Shown here: piece by piece, positions 10,580 to 19,765 of the stretch
How positions within the stretch are numbered: position 1 is the stretch's first letter
Layout: each line of letters begins with the position of its first letter
Made by a program: the position numbers and the translations under genes
The notes under the pieces: model-generated
The model's input: only the letters and a program-made list of their open reading frames with translations
Told to the model about the DNA's origin: nothing
Databases searched by the model: none
DNA from: a virus
Length of the DNA stretch: 64,000 nucleotides
Virus record (IMG/VR): IMGVR_UViG_3300011335_000900
Location: 1-64,000 of that record
Strand: one strand, 5' to 3'

Positions 10580-11380
10580 ATGATAAGTCTTATCCAATTA
10601 TTAAAGGAAGTGCAAGATAGTCCTAAAGCTATTATATTAGCGGGAGCACCAGGATCTGGAAAAGGAACTATCCTAAAAGATTTAAACTTAAGTAAATTTA
10701 AAATTCTTAACATTGATGATACTATAGCAGCGTTATCAAAACAAGATCAATTTACACTAGATCAAAAAACAGCAGATTCCGAAGATAGAAGTAAATTTAT
10801 GTCAGCAATGCAAACTGCTGCAAAACAATTAAAAACCCAAGATTTACCTCAAACTATATTAAATAAAGAATCATTTATTTTAGATGGTACCTCTTCATCC
10901 TCAAACCAAACATTAAAACTAAAATCTCAACTTGAAGAAGCGGGATATGAAGTAATGATGTTATATGTTTATACTGAACTAGAAACATCTTTAAAACGCA
11001 ATGAAGAACGATTTGAAAAATCAGGTGGAAAAGATAGGAGTTTACTCCCTGGTGCGGTATTAGGAACATGGCTTATGGTAGCTAAAAATTTCCCTTTATA
11101 TCAACAATTATTTGGTAATAACTTTATATCTGTATCCAATACTGGTAATAACGAAACATTAAAAGATATTGATCAAATTATTCAAAAGTATGTTACTCCA
11201 TTTGATCCAAAAGATCCAAAACAAAAAACTGAAAAAGAACAAGAAAAATCTAATAAATTAAAAGAAAAATTAAATATAGAAATTCAAAATTTCCTTGATT
11301 CTAATCTAGCTCAAAATATTATAAACTCCTCCATTTCTAAAGAAGAAGCTCAATCTAAAATAAATGAATTCATTAGTTAA
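10580..11380 (+). CDS. P-loop kinase (AAA_33/zeta-toxin/Pnk-like) with N-terminal tag
   Basis: Walker A GAPGSGKG; FILDGT; lid-like SLKRNEER; N-terminus MISLIQLLKE. Confidence 0.7.
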   Translation: MISLIQLLKEVQDSPKAIILAGAPGSGKGTILKDLNLSKFKILNIDDTIAALSKQDQFTLDQKTADSEDRSKFMSAMQTAAKQLKTQDLPQTILNKESFILDGTSSSSNQTLKLKSQLEEAGYEVMMLYVYTELETSLKRNEERFEKSGGKDRSLLPGAVLGTWLMVAKNFPLYQQLFGNNFISVSNTGNNETLKDIDQIIQKYVTPFDPKDPKQKTEKEQEKSNKLKEKLNIEIQNFLDSNLAQNIINSSISKEEAQSKINEFIS

Positions 11381-13415
11381 ATCACTTATATTTCCACTTT
11401 TAGAATCTGAACAAAAAGGTGTTGCTTTAATCCCTGGTGGATTTAAACCTCCAACTATAGGACATTTTGTATTAGTTAATGAAGTAGCACAAAACCCTAA
11501 TTTTGATAAAGTAATTGTTTTAATAGGTCATAAAATAAGAGATGGTGTAACTAAAGAAGAAAGTTTAGCAATATGGGATATCTATAAAAAATATCTCCCC
11601 TCTAATGTTGAAATTAAAATTTCAGATAACTCTTCACCTATTGCAGATATTAGCTCACTTATAAAAAACAATCCAGACACATATTTTTATCCAGTAGTTG
11701 GTATTAGAGGTGAAATGGATTTAGGTGATATAAAACGATTTGATAGTTTAAAAGGTAAATATCCTAACTTTAAAACAATAGTAATTAAAACAGAAGAAGG
11801 TGAAGATCGAATCAGTGGAACAAAAACAAGAGCTGCTTTAATTAGTGGAGATAAAGATAAATTTCAATCATATCTTCCAACTGAACTATCACAGGAAGAA
11901 AAAGATGGTGTTTGGTCTATTTTAACCAAAACACCACTAAATGAAATAAAGTATGCTGAACCTAGTAAATTTGATTACCCAAAACACTTAAAATCACTTA
12001 CCGAATTTATGTTAGATAAGGGAATGAATATTCATCCTTTACCTAAAGTAAAATTTGTAGAAGATGATGTTGAAAACGCTAGGAATTTTTTCGGTAAAAC
12101 GGCGTATTACGACCCGAATCAACGCGTTATAGTACTTTATACAATGGATCGTCATCCAAAAGACATTATGCGTTCATTTGCGCACGAAATGATTCACCAC
12201 ATGCAAAACTGTGAAAATCGTTTAGGTAATATTGCAACTCAAGATACAAATAAGGATGGAGATTTACCTAAAATTGAAAGAGAAGCATACGAAAAAGGTA
12301 ATATGACTTTCCGAAATTGGACAGATACAATAACTGAATGGATTGTTGATACTTCAAAATATAATTATACTCCAAAGCTTTCAAATAAAATATTTTCTCA
12401 ATTACATGAATTAAAAGTAAATGAAATATCTCTCAACCCAAATAATGCTGTTGAAATATATGGTGATTTATTTAGTGGGGAATTTAAAGTAGGAAATATT
12501 GAATATATTTACTCAATTAAAAATATTCCTAGCCCTTATAAAGATGAAGAGTTATTTTATAATATACAATTTGATGAAAAAAATAATAATGAATCTTCAA
12601 ATGAACCTACAAGAAATGCTAGAGAAAATTATATAAAAATATTATCAACAATGTATAAAATTTTATTAGATTTTGTTGAACAAGAAAAACCAGAATATAT
12701 AGGAATATCAAGTTTAGATAAAAGTGGATATGGAAATATCTACAATAATTTAACTAAAACCAATACACTCCCCGGATACTCAAGAAAAGATGCAGGTTTA
12801 GATTTTGTATCTAAATCAGGAGAAAAAGGTAAATTTATAGTATTAAAAAAATCTATTATTGATATAACTAAAGGTATTGAAGGCGATAGAATAGCATGTG
12901 ATAAATGTGATCATAGTTGGCCAATAGCAACCGGAGGCAAGGATTTATATGTTTGCCATAAATGTAGACATGATAATACACCTAAACAACTAAACGAGGA
13001 AGAAGATGATGATGGTACTTTATTATATAAAAGCATATTTAAACCAGATATAAACATATTAGTTGCTTTTAAAAATTACGAAAATTATAAAATTTTAAAA
13101 CCTTTATTTAATAAATATGGATATGGTTTTTACTCCCCAGAAGATAAAGTAATAATTCTTAATGGTGAACGTTTTATAAATTCTGATTTAGATTTTAGGG
13201 ATTTTAAATTTGTTGAAGCACACGAAATAACACATTTACTTTTAGGACATACAGGACCATATTCTGAAGAAGATGAAATGGATGCTGATTTAGGAGCATA
13301 TATTTTATTAAAAAATAAAAAGTTATCAACAGATAGACTTGTAAACGAATTTGAAAATAGACATGGTGTCCCATTTACTGAAGAATTACTTGAACGAGTA
13401 AAAAATAGGTTGTAA
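11364..13415 (+). CDS. Multidomain protein: HIGH-type nucleotidyltransferase, two HExxH zincin-like domains and a Zn ribbon
   Basis: PGGFKPPTIGH...ISGTKTR (cytidylyltransferase-like); AHEMIHH; CDKC...CHKC; AHEITH. Confidence 0.65.
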   Translation: MNSLVKSLIFPLLESEQKGVALIPGGFKPPTIGHFVLVNEVAQNPNFDKVIVLIGHKIRDGVTKEESLAIWDIYKKYLPSNVEIKISDNSSPIADISSLIKNNPDTYFYPVVGIRGEMDLGDIKRFDSLKGKYPNFKTIVIKTEEGEDRISGTKTRAALISGDKDKFQSYLPTELSQEEKDGVWSILTKTPLNEIKYAEPSKFDYPKHLKSLTEFMLDKGMNIHPLPKVKFVEDDVENARNFFGKTAYYDPNQRVIVLYTMDRHPKDIMRSFAHEMIHHMQNCENRLGNIATQDTNKDGDLPKIEREAYEKGNMTFRNWTDTITEWIVDTSKYNYTPKLSNKIFSQLHELKVNEISLNPNNAVEIYGDLFSGEFKVGNIEYIYSIKNIPSPYKDEELFYNIQFDEKNNNESSNEPTRNARENYIKILSTMYKILLDFVEQEKPEYIGISSLDKSGYGNIYNNLTKTNTLPGYSRKDAGLDFVSKSGEKGKFIVLKKSIIDITKGIEGDRIACDKCDHSWPIATGGKDLYVCHKCRHDNTPKQLNEEEDDDGTLLYKSIFKPDINILVAFKNYENYKILKPLFNKYGYGFYSPEDKVIILNGERFINSDLDFRDFKFVEAHEITHLLLGHTGPYSEEDEMDADLGAYILLKNKKLSTDRLVNEFENRHGVPFTEELLERVKNRL

Positions 13416-13433
13416 ATTTATTAAAATTAATAC

Positions 13434-13997
13434 ATGAAAAAAATACCAACTTTACTTGACTTATATGAAGCGATTAAGCCATACACTATATATTGTGATA
13501 TGGATGGTGTGCTTTGTGATTTTGATAAAGGATATGAAAATTTAACAGGAGAATCTACAGATGAAGCTAATGCTAAAGGTAAATCTTATTTTTGGAAACT
13601 TTTTAGAGAAAGCGTTGGAGAAAATGAAAAAGATTTTTGGGCTAACTTACCTTGGCAACCCGGAGGAGAAGAACTTTGGAATTACATTAAATCTTCTTCC
13701 CCAAATATCCTATCAGCACCCGCAGTAGATTTTAATTTACCTCAAGATCAACAATTAAATCCTGAATTTAATCAAGCTATTCAAGGTAAAAAAGAATGGA
13801 TTTCTAAACACCTTAATGGTGTAAATAAAGAAATATTTGTACCTGCTTCTCAAAAATCAACATTTGCAACATCAAAGCATATACTTATAGATGATATGCA
13901 AAAAAATATAGATGCTTGGAGAGCAGCTAGTGGTAAAGCAATTTTACATACTTCTACCCCAAAAACAATAGAGATTCTTAAAAAATACGATTTATAA
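13434..13997 (+). CDS. HAD-superfamily phosphatase, 5'(3')-nucleotidase-like
   Basis: Motif I YCDMDGVLCDF; ILSAP; K.W; motif IV LIDD. Confidence 0.8.
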   Translation: MKKIPTLLDLYEAIKPYTIYCDMDGVLCDFDKGYENLTGESTDEANAKGKSYFWKLFRESVGENEKDFWANLPWQPGGEELWNYIKSSSPNILSAPAVDFNLPQDQQLNPEFNQAIQGKKEWISKHLNGVNKEIFVPASQKSTFATSKHILIDDMQKNIDAWRAASGKAILHTSTPKTIEILKKYDL

Positions 13998-14570
13998 ATG
14001 TCAGATTCAGTTTTAAAAAAAGAATTTCAAAAAAGAGACGTTGAACGTTTACGTAACCTTGTTAAAGGTAAATATGGAGACAGAACAACTGTTGGAATAG
14101 GTTATAGTAAAACTCCTGAAGGAGAACATAAAGAAGGTGACATTTGGAAATCAGATGGTAAAGAATGGACTATCAAAGATGGTTTAAAAGAAAATATTAC
14201 TAAATTGGATAAATTTAAAAATTTATCTATTCCTATATTTTGTCCAAAATGTAAACAAAACATGGACAAACAATTAGACATACACTATTTTAAATCTTAT
14301 GGTGAATGTTTAGATTGTAGAGCTACAACAGAAACCCAACTAAAAATATCTGGAAAGTGGGAAAATTATGTAAATCAAACATTTAATAAAGAAATTGATC
14401 TTCATGTAGAAGATTATAAAAGTTTCATAGATAATAAGTTGTCAGAAAGTAATAATAGCTTTGTAACAGAAGCGGGTGATGTACAAAAATGGGTCGGTGG
14501 GATTGATAAAGATCGTGCATTAAAGGCTATGGAAGAATCTATTAATTATTTAAATTCACTTAAAAAATGA
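13998..14570 (+). CDS. Hypothetical protein with CxxC...CxxC zinc site
   Basis: CPKC...CLDC; intact ORF in the operon. Confidence 0.55.
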   Translation: MSDSVLKKEFQKRDVERLRNLVKGKYGDRTTVGIGYSKTPEGEHKEGDIWKSDGKEWTIKDGLKENITKLDKFKNLSIPIFCPKCKQNMDKQLDIHYFKSYGECLDCRATTETQLKISGKWENYVNQTFNKEIDLHVEDYKSFIDNKLSESNNSFVTEAGDVQKWVGGIDKDRALKAMEESINYLNSLKK

Positions 14571-15187
14571 CAACAACTGTATTTACAACAATTTTAGTAG
14601 CATTAATAACTGCTGTGCTAGGTCCTATTATAGTAGCTTGGTTTAAACTAAAAATGGAAAAAAAATCCCAAAATACTTTAATGTTTGATGCTCTTGAAAC
14701 TTCAACTTTAGTAGACAATCAACTTGAAATCGTATTAGAGGAACTAGAATGTGATAGAGTATGGATTGCTCAATTCCATAACGGAGGCCATTTTTACCCT
14801 ACAGGCAAATCTATCCAGAAATTTTCTATATTTTACGAAAAATGTACCCCTGAAACTCCAAACATACAAGGTACATTTCAAAATATTCCTGTATCTTTAT
14901 TTCCTAGAGTACTTTCTAAAGTATATAAAGACAATGAATTGTATGTTTCTGATATAAACAATGCTGAAGATAGTTATGGGTTAGAATTTTTTACTAACCA
15001 ATGTGGTACTAAAGCATCTTGCATAGTGGGCTTACACAGTTTAGATGACCATTTAATAGGAATAATGGGGATATCATTTAAAGAACCACATCATTTAGAA
15101 AAAGAAAAATGGATATTCCTTAGACAAAAAGTAGGAGTTATAGGAACATTACTTTCTGAATATTTATACGCGACAACTAAAAAATAA
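14567..15187 (+). CDS. Single-TM protein with GAF-like domain (candidate T4 T-type holin)
   Basis: N-terminal hydrophobic helix, then CDRVWIAQFHNG...LIGIMGISF typical of GAF folds. Confidence 0.5.
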   Translation: MTTTVFTTILVALITAVLGPIIVAWFKLKMEKKSQNTLMFDALETSTLVDNQLEIVLEELECDRVWIAQFHNGGHFYPTGKSIQKFSIFYEKCTPETPNIQGTFQNIPVSLFPRVLSKVYKDNELYVSDINNAEDSYGLEFFTNQCGTKASCIVGLHSLDDHLIGIMGISFKEPHHLEKEKWIFLRQKVGVIGTLLSEYLYATTKK

Positions 15188-15205
15188 TTTAATATTTATT
15201 ATAAA

Positions 15206-15766
15206 ATGAAAGATACTTTTGACTTAACAAAATTTTTAAAAGAAAATAAATCTCTTGAAAATTTAAATCCAACCTTTAAATCACTCAACGAAGAAGAATC
15301 TCGTGAAGAAAGGGCTGACGTAGACAAATATGAATACGAAAAAGGAAAAAAAGCTGGAATAAAAGCAAAAATCAGAGAATATATCTTATCTGAATTAGAA
15401 TTAGACATTGATGACAGTGACAAAACAGACGCAGAATTAAATGCTGATTACGATCCAGTTTATGAAGGTGGAGAACTTGAAGAAGCTAAAAAAGACAAAG
15501 AAGCAGATGTTGAAGATGTAAATATCGAAGATACAACCATCGAAGATGTACCTGCAGAAGATGCACCTATTGAAGATGTACCTGCTACAGGTGGTGGTTT
15601 AGAAGATATAGCTGCAGATATGAAAGGTACTGAAGCTGATCTAATGGATCACTTAATGAAATCATTTCAAATTGCTAAAGGAATGCAAAATGAAAAACTA
15701 GAAACACAAATAGGAAACACACTAAAATTTTTCGTTAGCGAATATATTGGTGGAGGAGAACAGTAA
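15206..15766 (+). CDS. Acidic putative head-internal protein
   Basis: Several L-x-E sites (FLKE, SLNE, ILSE, LEE); acidic EDVPA repeats; late motif at 15192. Confidence 0.5.
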   Translation: MKDTFDLTKFLKENKSLENLNPTFKSLNEEESREERADVDKYEYEKGKKAGIKAKIREYILSELELDIDDSDKTDAELNADYDPVYEGGELEEAKKDKEADVEDVNIEDTTIEDVPAEDAPIEDVPATGGGLEDIAADMKGTEADLMDHLMKSFQIAKGMQNEKLETQIGNTLKFFVSEYIGGGEQ

Positions 15767-15796
15767 ACAATTAAATCTATATAAACAATCAAATCT

Positions 15797-15970
15797 ATGA
15801 ACACAACAGAAATTTTTAACGCAATTCAAGAACAATTAGCTACTTTAGAAGCTGAACATGGTAAAACATCAAAAGCCGCTCGTGGTAGAGCACGTAGTGC
15901 CGCTAACAATATTAAAAAATTAGCAGCAGAATTTAAGAAAACTTCAACTGCAGAAGACAAAGCAGCTTAA
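15797..15970 (+). CDS. Histone H1-like (Hc1-family) small DNA-binding protein, 57 aa, not in ORF track
   Basis: My translation: MNTTEIFNAIQEQLATLEAEHGKTSKAARGRARSAANNIKKLAAEFKKTSTAEDKAA. The KAA..RAR.....L...F.K.S pattern matches Bacteroidota/Chlamydia Hc1. It fills the gap between neighbouring genes. Confidence 0.7.
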   Translation: MNTTEIFNAIQEQLATLEAEHGKTSKAARGRARSAANNIKKLAAEFKKTSTAEDKAA

Positions 15971-15973
15971 AAA

Positions 15974-16990
15974 ATGGAACAACCTATTAATGAACCTTTT
16001 ACTTCAGAGGAATCTCAAGAGATTTACCAGAATTTTAAGACCATTATTAATAGTCGTTTAGATAAACTTTACAACTCAAAAGGCTCGGACGGCGAACAAT
16101 ACGCATATAGTATCGCCGTTAAGCAAATGAGAAAAAAACAAGCTGAGAAATTAGCAGAACCAACAACTGAAGAACCTATGGAACAAGGAGACAAATTAAA
16201 AGAAATGATTCAATCAGTACTATCTAAACCATTATCTGAAAAGAAAAAATCATTCCCTGATTTAACTGGAGATGGCAAAGTAACTAAAGCTGATATCCTT
16301 AAAGCAAGAGGAGTTGAATTAGATGAAGATCTTGACTTAGGTCATGAAGATGATAAACCACATATGCTTAAAGGTGGTTTAAATAAAATGAACGAAAATA
16401 CTGGTTTAAAAAAAGGAGATACTGTTGAATTTGAAGGTACTAAATACAAAATAGGCAGTTTTGATACTGAAGCTAATTTAGTTTATTTAGATACAATGAA
16501 TGGAAAACCAGCAGAAGATAGTAAAGGTAGTTATTTAAAAGTAAATGCTACTAGAGTAAAACCTAGTATGAACGAAGACCTTGACTTAGGCCATACAGAT
16601 GATGAACCACATATGCTTAAAGCGGATCTATATCGTATTGGAAAATATGCTATGGAACTTTACAAAATGGTTGATCAATTTGAAGGTGAACAAGAAGTTG
16701 ATTTTCCACATTGGTGGCAAGCAAAAATTATTGAAGCTAAAAACATGTTAATTTCAGCTAAACATTACCTTGATTTTGAAATAAAAGAACCTCAACTAGA
16801 TGCTATGGTAGACGTAGCTTCTGAAGAAGGTGCTATTGATGAAATGTCAAAAAAACAAATTAAAAAACGTGGTGAAATATTTGATACTTTAACAGCTAAA
16901 GGTATGCCCGATGAAAAAGCAGGTAAAATTGCTACATCAACCGCAATGAAGAAAAAAATTAAAGAAGCTATTTTAGCTAAACTTAAATAA
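15974..16990 (+). CDS. Putative head-internal protein with EF-hand-like motif and internal duplication
   Basis: DLTGDGKVTKAD calcium-loop-like motif; EDLDLGH.DD.PHMLK occurs twice. Confidence 0.5.
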   Translation: MEQPINEPFTSEESQEIYQNFKTIINSRLDKLYNSKGSDGEQYAYSIAVKQMRKKQAEKLAEPTTEEPMEQGDKLKEMIQSVLSKPLSEKKKSFPDLTGDGKVTKADILKARGVELDEDLDLGHEDDKPHMLKGGLNKMNENTGLKKGDTVEFEGTKYKIGSFDTEANLVYLDTMNGKPAEDSKGSYLKVNATRVKPSMNEDLDLGHTDDEPHMLKADLYRIGKYAMELYKMVDQFEGEQEVDFPHWWQAKIIEAKNMLISAKHYLDFEIKEPQLDAMVDVASEEGAIDEMSKKQIKKRGEIFDTLTAKGMPDEKAGKIATSTAMKKKIKEAILAKLK

Positions 16991-16992
16991 AA

Positions 16993-17460
16993 ATGACTAA
17001 AGATCAACTTAAGAGAAGAATTCAAGACTTAGCTCGTCAAGTATACTCTGCTAACACTATTACCCCCGCAGAAGCTATCGAATACGATGAGTTAACTAAA
17101 TTCCCTGAACTTAAAAAAGTTATAGTTGATTTACTTACTTTAGAATATGATAATTTTTTATCCTCAATTGATTGGGTAGCACCTCGTCCTTCTACATTTA
17201 GAATTAATTTAAAAAACGACCAAAATTTTTATTTAATTTATGGAAGACGTAGTTGGATTGCTCAAGTAGAAGGTAAAAAATACTATTTACTTAATTTACC
17301 GGAAGAAGAGAGAGCTTCTCAATCTATAGCAAACATGCTAAGGTATGGCGTTAAAGGAGAAGAAGGTGACAGTGAAACTGGAGCTGGAATTGAAAGCTTA
17401 GAGACACCTCCTGCAGAAACACCTCCTGCAGAAACCCCAACAGAAGAAACACCAGCATAA
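16993..17460 (+). CDS. Hypothetical protein with ETPPA-repeat tail
   Basis: Intact ORF coupled to its neighbours (TAATG overlap with the next gene). Confidence 0.55.
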   Translation: MTKDQLKRRIQDLARQVYSANTITPAEAIEYDELTKFPELKKVIVDLLTLEYDNFLSSIDWVAPRPSTFRINLKNDQNFYLIYGRRSWIAQVEGKKYYLLNLPEEERASQSIANMLRYGVKGEEGDSETGAGIESLETPPAETPPAETPTEETPA

Positions 17461-18455
17461 TGGATATTTTAGAACAATTCATACGTGATGTATCTTACAA
17501 ATTTCCTAAAGGATATCCTGATATGAAGGATCCTAAGGATGTTGAATTACTTTATAAATTAATAAATGAAAATGTTTTAGTTCCAAAACTAACAACTATT
17601 AGTGAAGGAACTGAAGAAGATATATATGATGCTACAATCCGAAAAACATTAGGATTAAAAGAAGGCGAACCTATCCCAACTCCAAGAGGAAAATATACTT
17701 TAAAAAACGGTACTTTCATGGAACAAGTAAGTTCTGAGGATAAACCAACTTTTGATAAATTATATAATGTTGCCCCACCTAAAAAAGGTGAAGAAGAAGG
17801 TGAAACAAAAGGTGTAGGTAATGGAGAAATCGCTTTATATTGGCTTTACCAATTCTCAGGTAGTGATGTAAAAGTTGGACGATCAGGTGATGATCCCGAT
17901 TTATTCATTAATGGAAAAGGTGTTGAAGTTAAAGCATATAAATCTCACGTAGGTAAAATTGGTTTAGGTCGATTTGGAACTGATAGAGATAATCTTCAAT
18001 TATTAAGTATCATATTTGGTATTAAAGCATTAAGTGAAGTTTTAGGTAGCAAAGAAAAAGGTCCTGCTATTAACCCAACAAACTTTAAAGGAACAGATCT
18101 TATCCCAGCATTTGAACAATTACTTGAACTTGAACGCATTCCCGATTTAGAAAGATTAGCATCCCAATACAATGTATTTGCTACTATTAAACAAAATATA
18201 GATACTGTTAATACAGAATTAAAAAATCCAACAGATTCTAAAGAAGGTGCTAGAGCAATGGCATCTAAAATGGTTAAATCTAAGTTAAATAGAAAACCAG
18301 GTGATGGAAATTACTTAGCAAATGTTCTTCCTAATGGTAGTATAAAATTTTTTCAAATTAGTTTTGAAAAATTAGACAATAACGAAAATTTATTAGATAA
18401 TTTTGCTGCTAAGCAAAGTGCTATATATTTAGATTTTGATAAAATATTTGGATAA
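17460..18455 (+). CDS. Putative PD-(D/E)xK (restriction-endonuclease-like) nuclease
   Basis: GVGNGEIALYW...DDPDLFINGKGVEVKAY gives E, PD and ExK catalytic spacing. Confidence 0.5.
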   Translation: MDILEQFIRDVSYKFPKGYPDMKDPKDVELLYKLINENVLVPKLTTISEGTEEDIYDATIRKTLGLKEGEPIPTPRGKYTLKNGTFMEQVSSEDKPTFDKLYNVAPPKKGEEEGETKGVGNGEIALYWLYQFSGSDVKVGRSGDDPDLFINGKGVEVKAYKSHVGKIGLGRFGTDRDNLQLLSIIFGIKALSEVLGSKEKGPAINPTNFKGTDLIPAFEQLLELERIPDLERLASQYNVFATIKQNIDTVNTELKNPTDSKEGARAMASKMVKSKLNRKPGDGNYLANVLPNGSIKFFQISFEKLDNNENLLDNFAAKQSAIYLDFDKIFG

Positions 18456-18456
18456 C

Positions 18457-19134
18457 ATGGACAAATCCCGTTTAAAACACCTTATTAAAGAAGTATATTT
18501 AAAAAAAGATAGTTGCAACTGTGGTTGTCACAGCTGTGACAATGTAGGTAATACTGGTGTTGTACTAAATGAAAGTTTAGTTAAAAAAGAAATATTGTCG
18601 GAGAATCTGCGATATCACGTGGATAAACAACTCCCACTTACCGAAAACACGTTCCGATATGGTTCGCAATCATTCCTTAATTTATGGGCAGAAGCTCGTT
18701 CATTATATTTACGTGAAATTATTCATGTAAACGAAGATGATAAAGAAATTTTAGAGGAAACTGATTTAGGTAACTTTGGTTTATATGAAAATCAAAAAGT
18801 GCCTTTAGATTTACTTTTACTTGAAAACGAGGAACTTGAAGAAGCAGAAGATAAAAAGAAAAATCCCCCACTTGGAAAACCAAAGCGTGGAGGATCTAAA
18901 AAATTCTATGTTTACGTAAAAAACCCTCAAACTAAAAAAATTAAAAAAGTTAGTTTTGGAGACACAACAGGTCTATCAGCTAAAATAAATAATCCAAAAG
19001 CTAGAAAAGCATTTGCTGCACGTCACGATTGCAAAAATAAAACAGATAAAACTAAAGCTTCATACTGGAGTTGTAGGCTTCCAAGGTACGCAAAATTACT
19101 TGGATTAAAATCATCCTTTTCAGGATTCTGGTGA
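18457..19134 (+). CDS. Hypothetical phage protein (tagged N-terminus, basic C-terminal domain)
   Basis: ATG 18457 (MDKSRLKHLIKEV) preferred over TTG 18436; CNCGCHSC; C-terminal KKFYVYV...VSFGD...FAARHDC...YWSC. Confidence 0.55.
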   Translation: MDKSRLKHLIKEVYLKKDSCNCGCHSCDNVGNTGVVLNESLVKKEILSENLRYHVDKQLPLTENTFRYGSQSFLNLWAEARSLYLREIIHVNEDDKEILEETDLGNFGLYENQKVPLDLLLLENEELEEAEDKKKNPPLGKPKRGGSKKFYVYVKNPQTKKIKKVSFGDTTGLSAKINNPKARKAFAARHDCKNKTDKTKASYWSCRLPRYAKLLGLKSSFSGFW

Positions 19135-19508
19135 TGAATAGATTAGAAAAAATAGTACAAGAAGTACTTAAAGAACGTCCTGGTTTATGGGACAACATAC
19201 GTGCTAAACGTGAACGTGGGGAAAAACCATCTCCAAAAGGATCTAAAGCATATAAGACAGCTGTTAAAGCCGGAAAAGAAATTAATAAACTTTCCGAAGA
19301 AGAAACACCTGAACTCCAATTCCCCGATGGTTTTCAACCTGCAAAATCTGTTCCTCAAGGTGGTGCTATGTGTGCTAACTGTGCTAAATGGAATAAGAAA
19401 ACACAATTATGTGAAGGTCAATATTATATAGATTGGCATGGTAATGGTGAAATTCACGCTGATCCAACTGAATATATTTGTATCTGGTGGGTAGATAAGA
19501 GAAAATGA
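19131..19508 (+). CDS. Small protein with 4-Cys, HiPIP-like C-terminal domain
   Basis: GLWDNIRAKRERGEKP N-domain; CANC-x10-C...YICIWW. Confidence 0.45.
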   Translation: MMNRLEKIVQEVLKERPGLWDNIRAKRERGEKPSPKGSKAYKTAVKAGKEINKLSEEETPELQFPDGFQPAKSVPQGGAMCANCAKWNKKTQLCEGQYYIDWHGNGEIHADPTEYICIWWVDKRK

Positions 19509-19765
19509 TCCCATACACAGACATAGAAGTTACTGATAAATATATCATTCGTGAATTTAACGAAAATATAGATCCAATTGAACTTTTATGGCATCGTGAT
19601 GATGAAGCTAGAACAATTGAAATTCTAGAAGATACTAATTGGCAACTCCAGTTAGAAAATTGTTTGCCTACCTCACTAAAAGAACGTATATTTATACCAA
19701 GACACGAGTGGCATAGAGTCATTAAAGGAACAGGAACATTAAAGTTAAAAATACATAAATCATGA
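19505..19765 (+). CDS. Small cupin-fold protein
   Basis: WHRD..E and IFIPRHEWHRV match the two cupin motifs. Confidence 0.6.
   Translation: MIPYTDIEVTDKYIIREFNENIDPIELLWHRDDEARTIEILEDTNWQLQLENCLPTSLKERIFIPRHEWHRVIKGTGTLKLKIHKS

Noticed and set aside
10580-11380. Zeta toxin-antitoxin module
   Set aside because: Only the generic P-loop kinase fold is evident, and there is no adjacent epsilon-like antitoxin.
17401-17457. Short coding repeats (ETPPA here; EDVPA near 15540; KSEPK near 22970; poly-Gly near 39030)
   Set aside because: Low-complexity linkers with no sign of phase variation or mobility.
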